Translations under genes and position numbers: made by a program
Shown here: positions 12,021-24,689 of the stretch, piece by piece
Numbering within the stretch: position 1 is the stretch's first letter
Layout of the letters: the number at the start of each line of letters is the position of its first letter
NCBI RefSeq assembly: GCF_001194135.2
Contig: NC_068998.1
Location: 33,352,872-33,404,113, forward strand
DNA length: 51,242 bases
Direction of reading: 5' to 3'
DNA from: Octopus bimaculoides
Taxonomy: Eukaryota
The notes under the pieces: model-generated
Database searches by the model: none
Told to the model about the DNA's origin: nothing
The model's input: only the letters and a program-made list of their open reading frames with translations

Positions 12021-12340
12021 GATAGCTGCGTGAAAAAGTGCCACTCCCTAACAGTTGAGGGAACCCGTGGAAGAGGTAGGCCCAGGAAGACCTGGGCTGA
12101 GGTGGTGAGGCAAGACCTTCGAACATTGGGCCTCACCGAGGCGATGACTACTGACCGAGACCTTTGGAAATGTGCTGTGCGTGAGAAGACCCGGCAAGCC
12201 AAGTGAGATCGTTGCCAGTGCCCCTGGACTGGCTCTTGTGCGGGTGGCACATAAAAGACACCATTTCGAGCGTGGCCGTTTTCGTGCGGGTGACACGTAA
12301 AAGCACCCACTACACTCTCTAAGTAGTTGGCGTTAGGAAG
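12021..12340 (+). mobile_element. Young 5'-truncated RTE LINE: last 61 codons plus 3' UTR, running into the gap
   Basis: Open frame 12021-12206 DSCVKKCHSLTVEGTRGRGRPRKTWAEVVRQDLRTLGLTEAMTTDRDLWKCAVREKTRQAK*. CpG-rich. The UTR matches 18062-18160. Confidence 0.85.
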
Positions 12341-12799
12341 NNNNNNNNNNNNNNNNNNNNNNNNNNNNNNNNNNNNNNNNNNNNNNNNNNNNNNNNNNNN
12401 NNNNNNNNNNNNNNNNNNNNNNNNNNNNNNNNNNNNNNNNNNNNNNNNNNNNNNNNNNNNNNNNNNNNNNNNNNNNNNNNNNNNNNNNNNNNNNNNNNNN
12501 NNNNNNNNNNNNNNNNNNNNNNNNNNNNNNNNNNNNNNNNNNNNNNNNNNNNNNNNNNNNNNNNNNNNNNNNNNNNNNNNNNNNNNNNNNNNNNNNNNNN
12601 NNNNNNNNNNNNNNNNNNNNNNNNNNNNNNNNNNNNNNNNNNNNNNNNNNNNNNNNNNNNNNNNNNNNNNNNNNNNNNNNNNNNNNNNNNNNNNNNNNNN
12701 NNNNNNNNNNNNNNNNNNNNNNNNNNNNNNNNNNNNNNNNNNNNNNNNNNNNNNNNNNNNNNNNNNNNNNNNNNTACAATTCGCATGGGTATATATTGA

Positions 12800-12994
12800 A
12801 TTGTCTTTTACTTGTTTCATTCATTGGATTGCAACCATGCTTGGGCACTGACTTAAAGGGTTTAGTTGAACAAATCGATCCCAGTACTTATTTTTTATGC
12901 CTGGTACTTATTCTATCAGTTTCTTTTGAAAACTGATAAGTTACAGGCATTTATACAAACCAACTACAGTTGTGGTGAACAAACACATGCACAA

Positions 12995-13054
<60 letters not shown>

Positions 13055-13225
13055 ACATTTATATATGACAGGTTTCTTTCAATTTCCATCTACCAAATCG
13101 ACTAACAAGGCTTTGGTCAGCTAGAGACTATATAGAAGACACTTAATCAAGGTGCCATGCAGTGAAACTGAACCTGAACTGGTCGGGAAGCAAACGTCTT
13201 ACCACGCAGCCATTGCTGAGCCTAT
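12800..13225 (-). mobile_element. SINE family A, full length
   Basis: Colinear with the other copies; internal (CA)n at about 12980-13063. Confidence 0.85.
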
Positions 13226-13594
13226 GTTTGTGTTTGTATATCCATTATGTCCATATGTTGGAGAAGTTGTGTGTTATGTAAATTGAAATCTGATGAATTC
13301 AATAATTATGTAATTCATCAAAATTAAAGTTGGAACAGAGTTAATATAAGTGCAAAGTCCTTCTTTCTGCATGTGAACTCTATTACCAACAATAAGTGAC
13401 ATAGTTCTACATGATTCAGTTTTACAATGCCTAAGATTGATATCTTTCTTAAATCGAAGCTCAATTGTCTTTAGAAAGTATTAACAGTCTATTTAACTAA
13501 TCCATGTTTTCTCTCAGTTCTTAAAGAATTAAGAGTAAAGTTGATTTCACTTGGAAGTCAACATTGAATCAAGAGAAACTAAAATAAATGTTGG

Positions 13595-13928
13595 TTTCAA
13601 ATTTTGGCACAAGGCCTACAATTTGTGTGTGGTGGGGTAAGTCGATTACATTGACCCCCCAATGCTCAGCTGGTACTTATTTTATCAACCCCAAAAAGAT
13701 GAAAGGAAATGTTGACCTTGGAAAGATTTATTGGTGCAAGGCTAGCAATTTTAGGGGAGGGGTAAGTTGAAAATATTGACCCCCCCCCCCAGTGATCAAC
13801 TGGTACTTATTTCATTGACACCAAAAGGATGAAAGGTAAAGTCAGCTTCTGTGGAATTTGAACTCAGAATGTAAAGACTGACAAAATGCAGCTAAGCATT
13901 TTGCCCAGCATGCTAACTGTTGTTCCAG
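13595..13928 (-). mobile_element. Two tandem family B SINEs: a 5'-truncated copy (13595-13730) and a near-full copy (13732-13928)
   Basis: The motif ggcacaaggc...gggtaagt...gacccc...ctggtacttattt...ggatgaaagg occurs twice in succession. Confidence 0.8.
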
Positions 13929-14879
13929 TTCACTGTCTTAGAATCTGAAATAAATATTGATAAATATATTGCAATGCAAATATTAAGTTTGATATCCTAC
14001 AGTCCTTAACCACCACCAACAATTACCACCATAACAACAATGATGATGACAATGATGATAATGATGACTGTGATGATCACCACTACCACATTTAACACAG
14101 CCAACATCAACATCCCCAACCTTCAAACATTACAATGATTAATGGTAGAAGGAGAATATAAAACTTGTGTCAAGTTTTGCATATCATAACTTGTTGCTCA
14201 AGATACACAACATTCCATGAAGGTGATCAATCTTGCTTTCGGTAGGAAGGATCAAATACACATTTATGTGCTCAGCAATCTTCCATTAAAAAGAAGGATA
14301 AAATAGAAATTAAGACACTCAGTTTGGTAGGAAGAGTGGAATCGTGATTTCCAAAAAAAGGTACAGGATATCAGAATTGCTAAAAAGATATTATCATTGT
14401 AGTTTGCTTGAAGCATTGTAATATCGAAGAGAGAAAATAGAAAGCTTCTGACAATGGTAAAAGTTTCAAAACCTTTATATTTCAGGTGCAATGGCCCATC
14501 TTCAGAAGAAAAACAGTCTCAGAAATGTCCAGTTATGTAGGTTCCGTTAACCCCATTCAAATCCTCTAGCATTATATAGCAGTATCAGTCACTTTCCAAA
14601 CATAGGTGTAATTGAAGCTTCGTGCATTTGTGCACACAAACTTTCAACTGTTGCTGTAGGCTACTCACCGTCTGTAGGATGATGAGACACTGTCATCTTA
14701 ATAGTATCAATAGTAACAGTCACCCTCCAAATGTTGCTGGCTGTTCAAGTGTTGGTGTAAACAAACTTCCAGCTGTTGTTGCAGGCCATTCACCATCTGT
14801 TGGATGTTGTCATAGGAACCACAGGCTCAACTCTGTTAATTTTCAGGTTGAGGTGGTGGATCAGTAGAGCCCCTTTTAT

Positions 14880-15430
14880 AGCTTACACACCAACTATTAG
14901 GTCAGAAATACACAGGAAAATTATCTGGTTCACACCCACTGAAGTGACCTTTAATATAGGTAAATATTTCTTGTCAATTATAGATAGACATTTTCGAATA
15001 CATCATGAATATAGAAAACTCTTTAATAGGCATAACCTAAAAATTAATTTTTGTTCAACCCCAAACTTTAAAAACATAATTACACACAATGCAACACAAC
15101 AACATGAAGCCAGCTGTTCCTACAGGGATAAAGACTTGTGTCTGGTAAATGGAGCCTGTATGACCAAGGCCGTTATTTATGAAGCCACTGTAAATTTTAC
15201 GAACACTAATAATACAATTTCATCCAAGAAATATGTGGGTCTCACAAAGAGAAATTTCAAAGCAAGGTTCAACAATCACACCTTAGACTTCAGACACTGT
15301 AATATACGAAATTATCCAGTTATATATGGTTGTTAAAAGAACAAGGTCTCAACTACAGGATTTACTGGAAGATCTTAACCTAGTGTAAACCTTATGCCAA
15401 TGGTAGTGGCGATTGCGATCATGGTTAGAA
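14880..15430 (+). pseudogene. Penelope-like element: RT C-terminus and GIY-YIG endonuclease remnant
   Basis: RKIIWF..., NIGKYFLSIIDRHF, FNRHNLKI, then VIYEATV...KYVGLT...FKARFNNH (GIY-YIG-like); continues W.LKEQG...WKIL..CKPY after a frameshift. Confidence 0.85.
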
Positions 15431-15524
15431 TCCACATTTCTACCATGTTCCTGCACAAGCTTCCCACATGTCTTAACTTCCATTAATTTTTTATATATAT
15501 TTTTTCATTTTTTTCTTTTTTAAT

Positions 15525-15950
15525 TGTGTGAATGTGCACATGTATGAGTATATGTATATGTAAGTATATATTTTATATGTAAATGTGTATGTGTGTGTAT
15601 ATATGTGTATGTGTATATGTATGCATATGAGTGTATGTCGGTGTCCGGTGCATGTGTGCGACTTTCATGCACACATCCCCATTATTTATATGGATATGCA
15701 TATGTTTGTATATGTGTGGGTGTGGTGTGTGATAGGAAGGTGTATACATATATATACATACATATATATATATATATAAATATATATATATGTATATGTG
15801 GGAGTGTGAATGTATGTCTATATATAAATATATATATATACATATATTTATATGTATAAATGTCTAAATATATATGCATTATGTTATGTGTATGCATGTA
15901 AACTGCTATGTGTATATGAGGATGTGGTTGCGTATACATATACATATATA
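15525..15950. repeat. Compound (TA)/(TG) low-complexity tract
   Basis: Direct inspection. Confidence 0.9.
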
Positions 15951-15952
15951 TA

Positions 15953-17200
15953 CAGGGTTAGGCAAAATAATGGAAACACCTAGCATTATGGCATCATAAT
16001 TTTCAAATATCTATAAACCCTCAAAAGCTTGTTTATTTTTATGTTTTTTGATTTATTATTATTGTTCCTTAATATGTTATGGTAAAATTGCTGTTTCTTT
16101 TCAGATATCATCAGAAAAAGGTAATTAAAATTTATGAAAATGACAGATCTATCAGACTTTCAAAGAGATCAAATTGCTGGTGCCCATATCGCAGGCACTA
16201 GCATAATGAAAACAGCTGAAATGTTCGATGTATCAAGAAGTACTGTCTCAGAAGTAATGGCAGCCTTTGAGAAAGAGAGAAAAATCTCCTCGTTGAAACA
16301 AAACTCTGGAAGAAAACCAAAACTTTCAGACTCTTATGAAAATTATTAGAAAAGATCACAAAAGTACAGCTCCCAAAATTCCTACAGAGCTTAATGACCA
16401 CCACGGGAACCCAGTTTCCACAAAAACTGTTCACCAGGAGCTACACAAAGCCTGATTTCTCGCAATCTGAAAACCACTACTTTCAAAAACAAATGTTGCA
16501 AAGCATTTAGAGTGGAATAAAAACCTACAGAGTTGATCCCTAGAGAAGTGGAAGAATATTATTTTCTCAGACGAGTCATCCTTTACCTTATTTTCGACCA
16601 CCGGCTGAGTATACATGTGGAGACAGCCAAAAGAAGCCTTTGACCTAGGCTGCCTTCATCCAACTGTTAAACATGGAGGAGGATCTGTGATGATCAGGGG
16701 GACAATATCTTGGAAATCCACCGGCTCAATGGTTGCTCTTCATGGCAGAATTAATAGTCAAGAATATTTAAGCATTTTATCTGATCAAATTCATCCTATG
16801 GTTGTGGAACTGCTTCCAGTGGGAAACGCAATCTTTTAGGCTGATAATGCACCAATTCACACAGCTAAAGTTGTTACTGAATGGCATGAGGAACATTCTA
16901 GTGAAGTTGAACATTTTATCTGGCCACCACAGTCCCCAGATCTCAATATTATTGAACATTTATGGTGTATTTTAGAAAAACAAGTAAGGAGTCGATATCC
17001 TCCACCATCATCACTACAAGAACTGGAGACTATTTTAGCTGAAGAATGGACAAAATTTCCTTTGGCAATAATTCAAACTTTATACGAGTCCATACCTTGT
17101 AGAATTCAAGCTGTAATTACTGCCAAAGTTGGTCCTACCCCACATTAAAATAAATTTGTTTGAAATTTTAAGGTGTTCCCATTATTTTGTCCAACCCTTG
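15953..17200 (+). mobile_element. Full-length (1248 bp) Tc1-like transposon, DD36E catalytic spacing, inactivated
   Basis: TA TSDs at 15951-52 and 17201-02. ~29-bp TIRs cagggttaggcaaaataatggaaacacct / aggtgttcccattattttgtccaacccttg. The broken ORF 16134-17148 has MTDLSDFQR, IFSDES, KHGGGSVM and DNAPIH...WPPQSPDLNIIEHLW with 36 residues between D and E. Confidence 0.93.
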
Positions 17201-17518
17201 TATATACATGTGTGTTTGTGTGGATATGTGTGTATGTATGAGTACATACATATACATATGTGTTTGTGTGTGTGTATGTGCATGTATGTATACATGTTTG
17301 TGTGAATGTGTACATATGTAGATGTTGTGAACGCAGGAGGTTTATGTCTATGTATTGTGAGAATATGGTTGTGTGTATTCTTTATCTTTTTTCTTGTTTT
17401 CTTTTTCTACCTATTAGAGTAACTTCCCTTTTATTCAACGGTTTCTCATAGCATCTGTTGCCATTAATAGCTGACGAGAATACTATAATAACAACCTTTT
17501 ACTGATTGTTCTAAATTA

Positions 17519-17612
17519 TAACACACACACACACACACACACATGTATGTATATATGCATGTATGTATGTATGTATGTATGTATGTATGTATGTATGTAT
17601 TTGTACATATAT
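17519..17612. repeat. (AC)n + (ATGT)n compound microsatellite
   Basis: Direct inspection. Confidence 0.9.
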
Positions 17613-18061
17613 GTATTGACTACCCACAGTGCATGACTATCTTACCATTAATGTCTCAGCTCTTAATGTTAAACACAGTAAACTCTTATGATTGCATGAC
17701 CACAAGGAGTCCTGTGCAGCCAGAGGAAAACTGTAATGTAATATAAGAGCTTGTCAATAATGAAAGAAAATGCTGCCCTTATTGAGGTGCATCCACAGGT
17801 TGAATTCATTTTTGTGACATTATGTGTTACTGAATGCTGAAATATATGTAACAAATGAAATAAAGGAGTACCAAGTTCAAGCCCATGTTCTTTCCTGTCA
17901 TCATACACACACACACACTACACATATGTATTAATGTATGTATGATTGTATGTATGCATGTATGTATGTATATGTGTGTGTGTATGTATGTATGTATGTA
18001 TGTATGTATGTATAAGATATTTAGCTCATGCCTGTGATCAAAATTATAATCCTGATAAAAT

Positions 18062-18295
18062 ACACCATTTTGAGCGTGGCCGTTGCCAGTACCGCCTGAC
18101 TGGCCTTCGTGCGGGTGACACGTAAAAGCACCCACTACACTCTCTGAGTGGTTGGCGTTAGGAAGGGCATCCAGCTGTAGAAACTCTGCCAAATCAGATT
18201 GGAGCTTGGTGTAGTCATCTGGTTTCACCAGTCTTCAGTCAAATCATCCAACCCATGCTAGCATGGAAAGCGGACGTTAAACGATGATGATGATG
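18062..18295 (+). mobile_element. RTE LINE 3' UTR/tail fragment ending in (ATG)n
   Basis: Near-identical to 12257-12340; ends ...ggaaagcggacgttaaacgatgatgatgatg. Confidence 0.85.
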
Positions 18296-20465
18296 TTTTC
18301 TGATCAAAGGTATCCATAGACTAATTATTAGCCCACTGGTTTCATGATTTTAAGAAAGCGAGATATTTATGTTGTAGCCTTTCCACTAGTAATAATAAGT
18401 GACATGATATATTTACTACAAGGAAATGAAATTGAACTTGTATTGAAGAATTGGCTACTGGTACTTTACTACTTACATTAAAGCTTTCTCTCTCTCTCTG
18501 TTGCTCTCTCCCTCTCTGTTGCCCTCTCTCTTTCTCTCCCTCACACCTCAGACATACACACCCATGCACACTTTGAAATATCCTGTCTCTCATACACAAA
18601 GTCACATACACATGTACATGGTTATATTTGATTTGTACATGTCTCTTCCATCAATTGCATGAAAAAGTTATGGTTTGTATTTAAAATGAGAGTTTTGTTA
18701 ATAGACTTTAGATCACTGTTAATTCAATAATATTGGAGAAATTGTAACCGATAATTATGTTGTAACAATATACTGGAGTATATACACTATATGCTGTGTA
18801 AAACGTGTTAGTATTCTTCATTGTAGTGAGAGACTCAGATGGTTTCTAACTTTATGAACTTTGACATCATTTGGGAGGTGCCAGCTGTTTTAAAGAGTTA
18901 GAGAAGCCATCATTTTAAATAAAATTTACAAGATAGTAAACTATCTACGAATCTGAAATAAGTATGAACATACATTCGTACCCGATTCAGTGTGATGATG
19001 TGTGAGTGAGAACTGTTTTCAAAAAAATATTTCATCCATTGCTTATAAGAAAAACAAAGTTACTATAAAGATTACTTAAATATTAAAAAGTTATTCTTTA
19101 TGATACCATAGGAACTTCATAACTCTATTAAAACTTAGAATTTTATCATTACATAGTTATATCATAAAAGCCTATTAACGTTATCTAAGAAGTGATTTAA
19201 GACATTCATAAAGGATTTATTACTATCTGAATATCAAATCCTCACTTATTTCTACATTCTTGTCTTTCTTTTTCTCAGCAGTTATATCTTCTGTGTATTG
19301 ATTTATGCTTCACTCTGTTATTAAAGTTTTATATTTTAGCTGGAAAGAAGTATGGTAGTGAAATCTCATCAACCAGTTGAAGTTTCATATTCCTGAAAAC
19401 TTCTTGCTCTTCAAAGTTCAAATTGCTCTCTTAATATAAATACTATAGAACTCAAAACTAAAAGTTTATGCCATCTACATGCATGTACAACTGTCAATAG
19501 CTATTTTCGATATTTATATACAATCATCTATTGAAATTCTAGCTGTTTCCAGGTATTCTTATGCTATGGAATGATTTTCAATAACAAAATTTTATGTCAT
19601 CATAAAAAGAAAGATTTTGTATCTTATCTTACACACACACACACACATTAATTGAAAGAATTAGATTTATAAATGTCAAAATTTTCTGATAACAGTGAAA
19701 TGATATATCTTCTATATGATTCTGCTGCATTTATTATGTAAAAGTCATGGAGGCCAGATTGCTATAACAGGGTCTCACAAAATATTCAAGCTGCGTACAT
19801 TATGTCTTGTTAATTAAATTGTTGCATTATACATTTTATTGCTGTGGTATGATTAAACAATAGCACTGTAAAAAGAAAATCCATTTTTCAGAGAACATAA
19901 ACCTAAAATGTAAGATAATGATGTCCAAGGAACATTATTGACAAGGATTGGGATAAGAATAACCACAACATGATGATATAAGAGTTCAAAACTTAAGTCT
20001 TTGTGAGCATTAAAGTTTATTGTGTATTCCATTTTCCATCTCCTTCTTTTGTTTTATATTCAAAACATCCCCCGTGAAACAAGGTAAGGAACTGTTATTC
20101 ATGGTGGTTTGCACAGATTGAATCAACGTTTGCTGCAAACAATATTGCCTCCGAAGCCCAACAGCTCCATATGTTACTTGGCGCAATACCACCGACCCTG
20201 ACAGCCATGACACCATGAGGGACCTGATAGTTGACCCCCTACATGATGCCACATATAGGAGCATTAAGCAGGAGATTCTTTGACACACGTCCTTGTCAGA
20301 AGAAAGACATTTTCAAACCCTCGTCAACGATGAGTACTTGGGTGACCGCAAACCTTTGTAACTTCTGTGCCATATGAAGGAATTGGCCTAAAATGCACCT
20401 GCTGATAGTGCTTTATTGAAGCAACTATTTTTTTCCTGATTGCCTTCTAACGTCCAAGCCATTCT

Positions 20466-20650
20466 AGCTTCTTATTTCTTTATTACCCACAAGGGGCTAA
20501 ACATAGAGGGGACAAAGAAGGACAGACAAAGGGATTAAGTCGATTACATCGACCCCAGTGCGTAACTGGTGCTTTATTTATCGACCCTGAAAGGATGAAA
20601 GGCAAAGTCGACCTCGGCGGAATTTGAACTCAGAATTTGAACTCGGAATC
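20466..20650 (-). mobile_element. Family B SINE (5'-truncated) inserted in Gypsy gag
   Basis: gtcgattacatcgaccccagtgcgtaactggt...gaaaggatgaaaggcaaagtcgacctcggcggaatttgaactc; interrupts the gag reading. Confidence 0.88.
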
Positions 20651-23600
20651 ATAGAGTTTGGAGCTTCAACATGTAAATGTACCCAACCCTATACTTTTTC
20701 TTGACAGGAAAACAACCAACCAGAGAATTGAGCACAGCACATTCTCTGCAGCAGCCAGCGGCCAACCGTACATTTTTCATAACAGACCGGATATCCCACG
20801 TCCACTGCCTCATAGATACAGGTGCTGCCTGCAGTATCTGGCCATTGAAACTCCTCGCGGATAAATCGCTGTTATCACCAGTGACTCTACAAGCAGTGAA
20901 CCATTCATGATTCCAACTTTCAGCCAGATATCTCGTTCATTGGATTTAGATCTGCGACATGATTTCAAGTGGATTTTTACAATCACAGATTGTAAAGATT
21001 ACCCAATATTAGGTGCAGACTTTTTGCACCACTTCCACCTGTTTGTAGACATGTGCACTCGGTGCTTATGGGACACAGCCACAGAACTTTCTATCCCAGG
21101 TAAAAGCCACTAACCCCTGCGGTTAATCCAGTCTTTTTTATTATTGCCATGGACAACCCATACCATGCACTATTAAACTCATATTCGGAGCTGACTAACC
21201 TACACTTTTTTACTGCTGCTCCAACTAACACCACCACCCATTTCATCGAAACTAAAGATGCTCCAGTTTTTTCTCGTCCTCGTCGCCTCTCCTTGGAGAG
21301 GCTAAATGCAAGCAAGGTGGAATTTAAACACATGCTCCAGTTGGGCATCGGCCACCCTTCTAATAGTCCCTGGGTGTCGCCCTTGTACATGGTTCCAAAG
21401 CGTTCTGGGGACTGGCGGTCCACTGGTAACTACAGGAGATTAAACTTCATCACAGTGCCAGACATGTACCCAATACCCCACAGTTATGATTTTACGTCAT
21501 CTCTCCACAACTGCATGGTATTCACCAAATTGGACTTGGTTAAGGCATACTATCAGATTCCTGGAATCCAAGGGATATTCCAAAGACTGCCGAAACTACT
21601 CCTTTTGGCGCCTTTGAATCCCTAACTATACCATTTGGTTTACGGAATTCAGTCAGCACATTTCAAAGGTTCATAGACAAAGTCGTCCGAGACTTAGACT
21701 TCATCTATGCATACATCGGTGACATCTTGATGGCTAGCACCTCATCCAAGTAACATCTTGATCATGTACGTCAGTTGTTCGAGCAGTTCAAGACGTACTA
21801 AGAGCAGATCAACCCTACCAAATGTGTTTTTAGCGCATCTTCTTTGACCTTCCTCGGTCATGTCATCATCGTCAGCTCCAAAGGCATATCACCACTGCCT
21901 GACAAGGTGAAGGCATTGCAGGAGTTACCTCCACCCACCTCATTTCTGCCGGCACTTTGTTCATCATTCAGCTGAAATCCTATATCTGCTAAACACACTC
22001 TTTCAGAACAGGAAAAAGAGGAATGAGCTGATAGCGTTGGACTCCACCCAACTTGACTCCTTCAACACAGCAAAGCAGCAACTCACTTAGGCATTGCTTC
22101 TTGTGCACCCTGTCGCAGATGTTCAGCTATCCCTTGTAGTGGATGCATCTGACACTACCATATGCGCGGTGTTACAACAATTTCACCAGAAATAATTCCA
22201 GCTTCTTGCATTCTTCTCTTGGCAGCTTAAACCAGCTGAATCTCACTACAACACTTTCAGATGAAAGCTGTTAGCTGTGTATTTAGCAGTCAAACATTTC
22301 CAGCATACACTCAAGGGGCGCCAATTCACGAATTTTACGGACCACCATCTACCCACTTTTGCCCTGCGCTCGAAGCCTGACAAGTATTTTCTGCAGGAAA
22401 CCAGGCACTTAGATTTCATTTCCCAATTTACTGCCGACATTCGCCATATCTCTGGTGTAGATAACGCTGCAGCAGATGCCTTATCGCGCCTACCACTGAA
22501 TTTGTTGTCGCCACCCACAGACATCGACCTGCATCTCCTGGCTAAAGATCAACTTCACTTAGAGACAATCGATATATCCTCACCTGCCTTTTCCACGTGC
22601 AACTTCAAGTACTTCCTGGTACCCACAGCTGACGCACAGATTTTGTGCGACACTTCCACAAATTCTCCTTGTCCTTTTGCTCCAAAGACCCACAGACAGT
22701 CTTCAGCCCACTGCATATCCTGTCACACCCTGCCGTCACCTCCACAGTGAAACTGGGGCTAGGTTCATTTTGGCTAGATTCTTTTGACAAGACATTACTG
22801 CTTGGTTATGCTCTTGCCTTTTCTGTCAAAAGTCAAAGGTGCATAGGCACATCCATGCACCCCTTGGCACATGCAACACACCAGATGTGCATTTCAACAA
22901 TGTACACATTGAACTTGTCGGACCTTGGTCAGTCAGCCAGGGATATACCTACTTGCTCACTTTCATTGATTGTTTCACACGTTGGCTGGAAACTATTCTT
23001 TTAGTAGATATCACTGCTGAATCTGTTGTCAAAGTTTTTCTCACAGGATGGATATCACGGTACGGAGTCCCTACCACCATCACTACTGACCGGGGAAAGC
23101 AGTTTGAATTGCAACTCTTCCATGAGCTCATAATGGCTATAGGTGCACGTTGGATTTGAACCACCAGTTACCATCCACAATCCAACGGTATGGTGGAACG
23201 ATTCCAACGTCAAATGAAAGCTGCTTTGTGTGCTTATCCAGATTGGCAGCATTGGAGCAAATATCTTCCAATATTCCTTCTTGGTTGTCAGGCCTTGATA
23301 AAGGAGGATCTTGGTTATTCCCCAGTAGAACTTGTTTATGGCACACCTCTTTCGTTGCCAGACCAGATGTTGGCCTCAGACAAAACGCCACTGTGTGCAT
23401 ACACTCACTTTGCAAATACATGCAAGATCTGCCACCCATGTCAACATGACACCAAAAACATTGATCCTTGGACCCATATGTTTCTATGAACGACGTTGTG
23501 AAAAACCCTCTCACATCTCCATACATGGGACCCTATCGCGTCCTGTTGCACACAAACTATATACCATAGACATTAATGGTAAAAAGGAAACTGTCTCAAT

Positions 23601-24107
23601 AGACAGGCTTAAGCGGGCATACACAGACAGTGATACAATACCACCTCATACACCTCCCACATTTACTGTACAACATTAAACGAACGCTACTCCATTGCAA
23701 CCACCACCAACACCATAACACACAGCAATCCCTCCTCCATCTACATACGTCACTACGACTCGTAGTGGTCACTGTGTACATTGGCCCATCAAGCTGTCTA
23801 AAACTATATACATCTGAACTATAATGAACTATTTGTGAACTTACCAAAGACTTTCCAACACATATCACCAACGACGCAGTTTTGTTCTTCACAGCATTCC
23901 TTCGAACTTTACCTAATCAACTTGAACATTTTGCTTATTTCTTTGTGTTCATATTCTGTTTACCCTTACCATGCTTTGTCTTTTCATTTCAGTTTCTCAT
24001 TTTTTGTTGCATTGCATCCTTTTGCTTGTATTCTATGTTCTTACCTGCTTTTTGCACTGCATATTTACATACTTTTTTTCCAACTTTTTCAAGTCTAGCA
24101 GAAGTCT

Positions 24108-24400
24108 ATTTAGCAGAGCTACATGTTACATAATAATATGTGAGTCGACCTGCACAGCAGATGAATATGCCGATGAGGTATCTAGCCTCGCTTTGTTACA
24201 CTAGCCTCGTTCTGATACACTAGCCTCATTCTGAGCTACACTGTAGAAATGACCTCAGTTCCTGCCAGGCTTTAGTCAAGAACACATGTCTTCTCTGTAG
24301 CTCCACACACAATCTCCCACGTACGCCTCACATGTCTATTCACCTCGACACAAGATATGTAGTTCGTAAACGAAGATATTTTATCACTCACACATTCTCA
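24108..24400 (+). repeat. Probable 3' LTR of the Gypsy element, with a 19-bp unit x3 at 24182-24238
   Basis: Follows a decayed purine-rich tract after the pol tail. Units ctagcctcgctttgttaca / ctagcctcgttctgataca / ctagcctcattctgagcta. Boundaries are uncertain. Confidence 0.45.
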
Positions 24401-24689
24401 AAATGACTTTTCATTACACACATGCATACATACTGTAATACAAATATTATATGTTACTTCTTTCAGTGCAAACTCAAAAATCAAAACTTTCTTTGTATGT
24501 AAACACGTTTTTGTATCATACTACATGCTTCCACCACAAAAGGTGAACACAGAATAAACAATATATTTATACACAAAAATGTCTTATGGTTATTCATACT
24601 AACTGTTTTTCCATCTAATAACATGCACTTGAACAGCCAACAACAGCTGCTAAACAAAGCTTTTATTGAATGAGTTTTATGTCCGTCTG

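Larger units (their letters stand above)
20060..24400 (+). mobile_element. Decayed Ty3/Gypsy (CsRn1-like) LTR retrotransposon; no 5' LTR found
   Basis: gag WFAQIE...LGDRKP...LPSNVQAILA; protease LIDTGA; RT YPIP, KLDLVKAYYQI, YIGD (from YIDD); RNase H KHFQH.LKGRQF...TDH, NAAADALSR; integrase H.ELVGP, ITTDRGKQFE, YHPQSNGMVER. Many stops and frameshifts. Confidence 0.92.
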
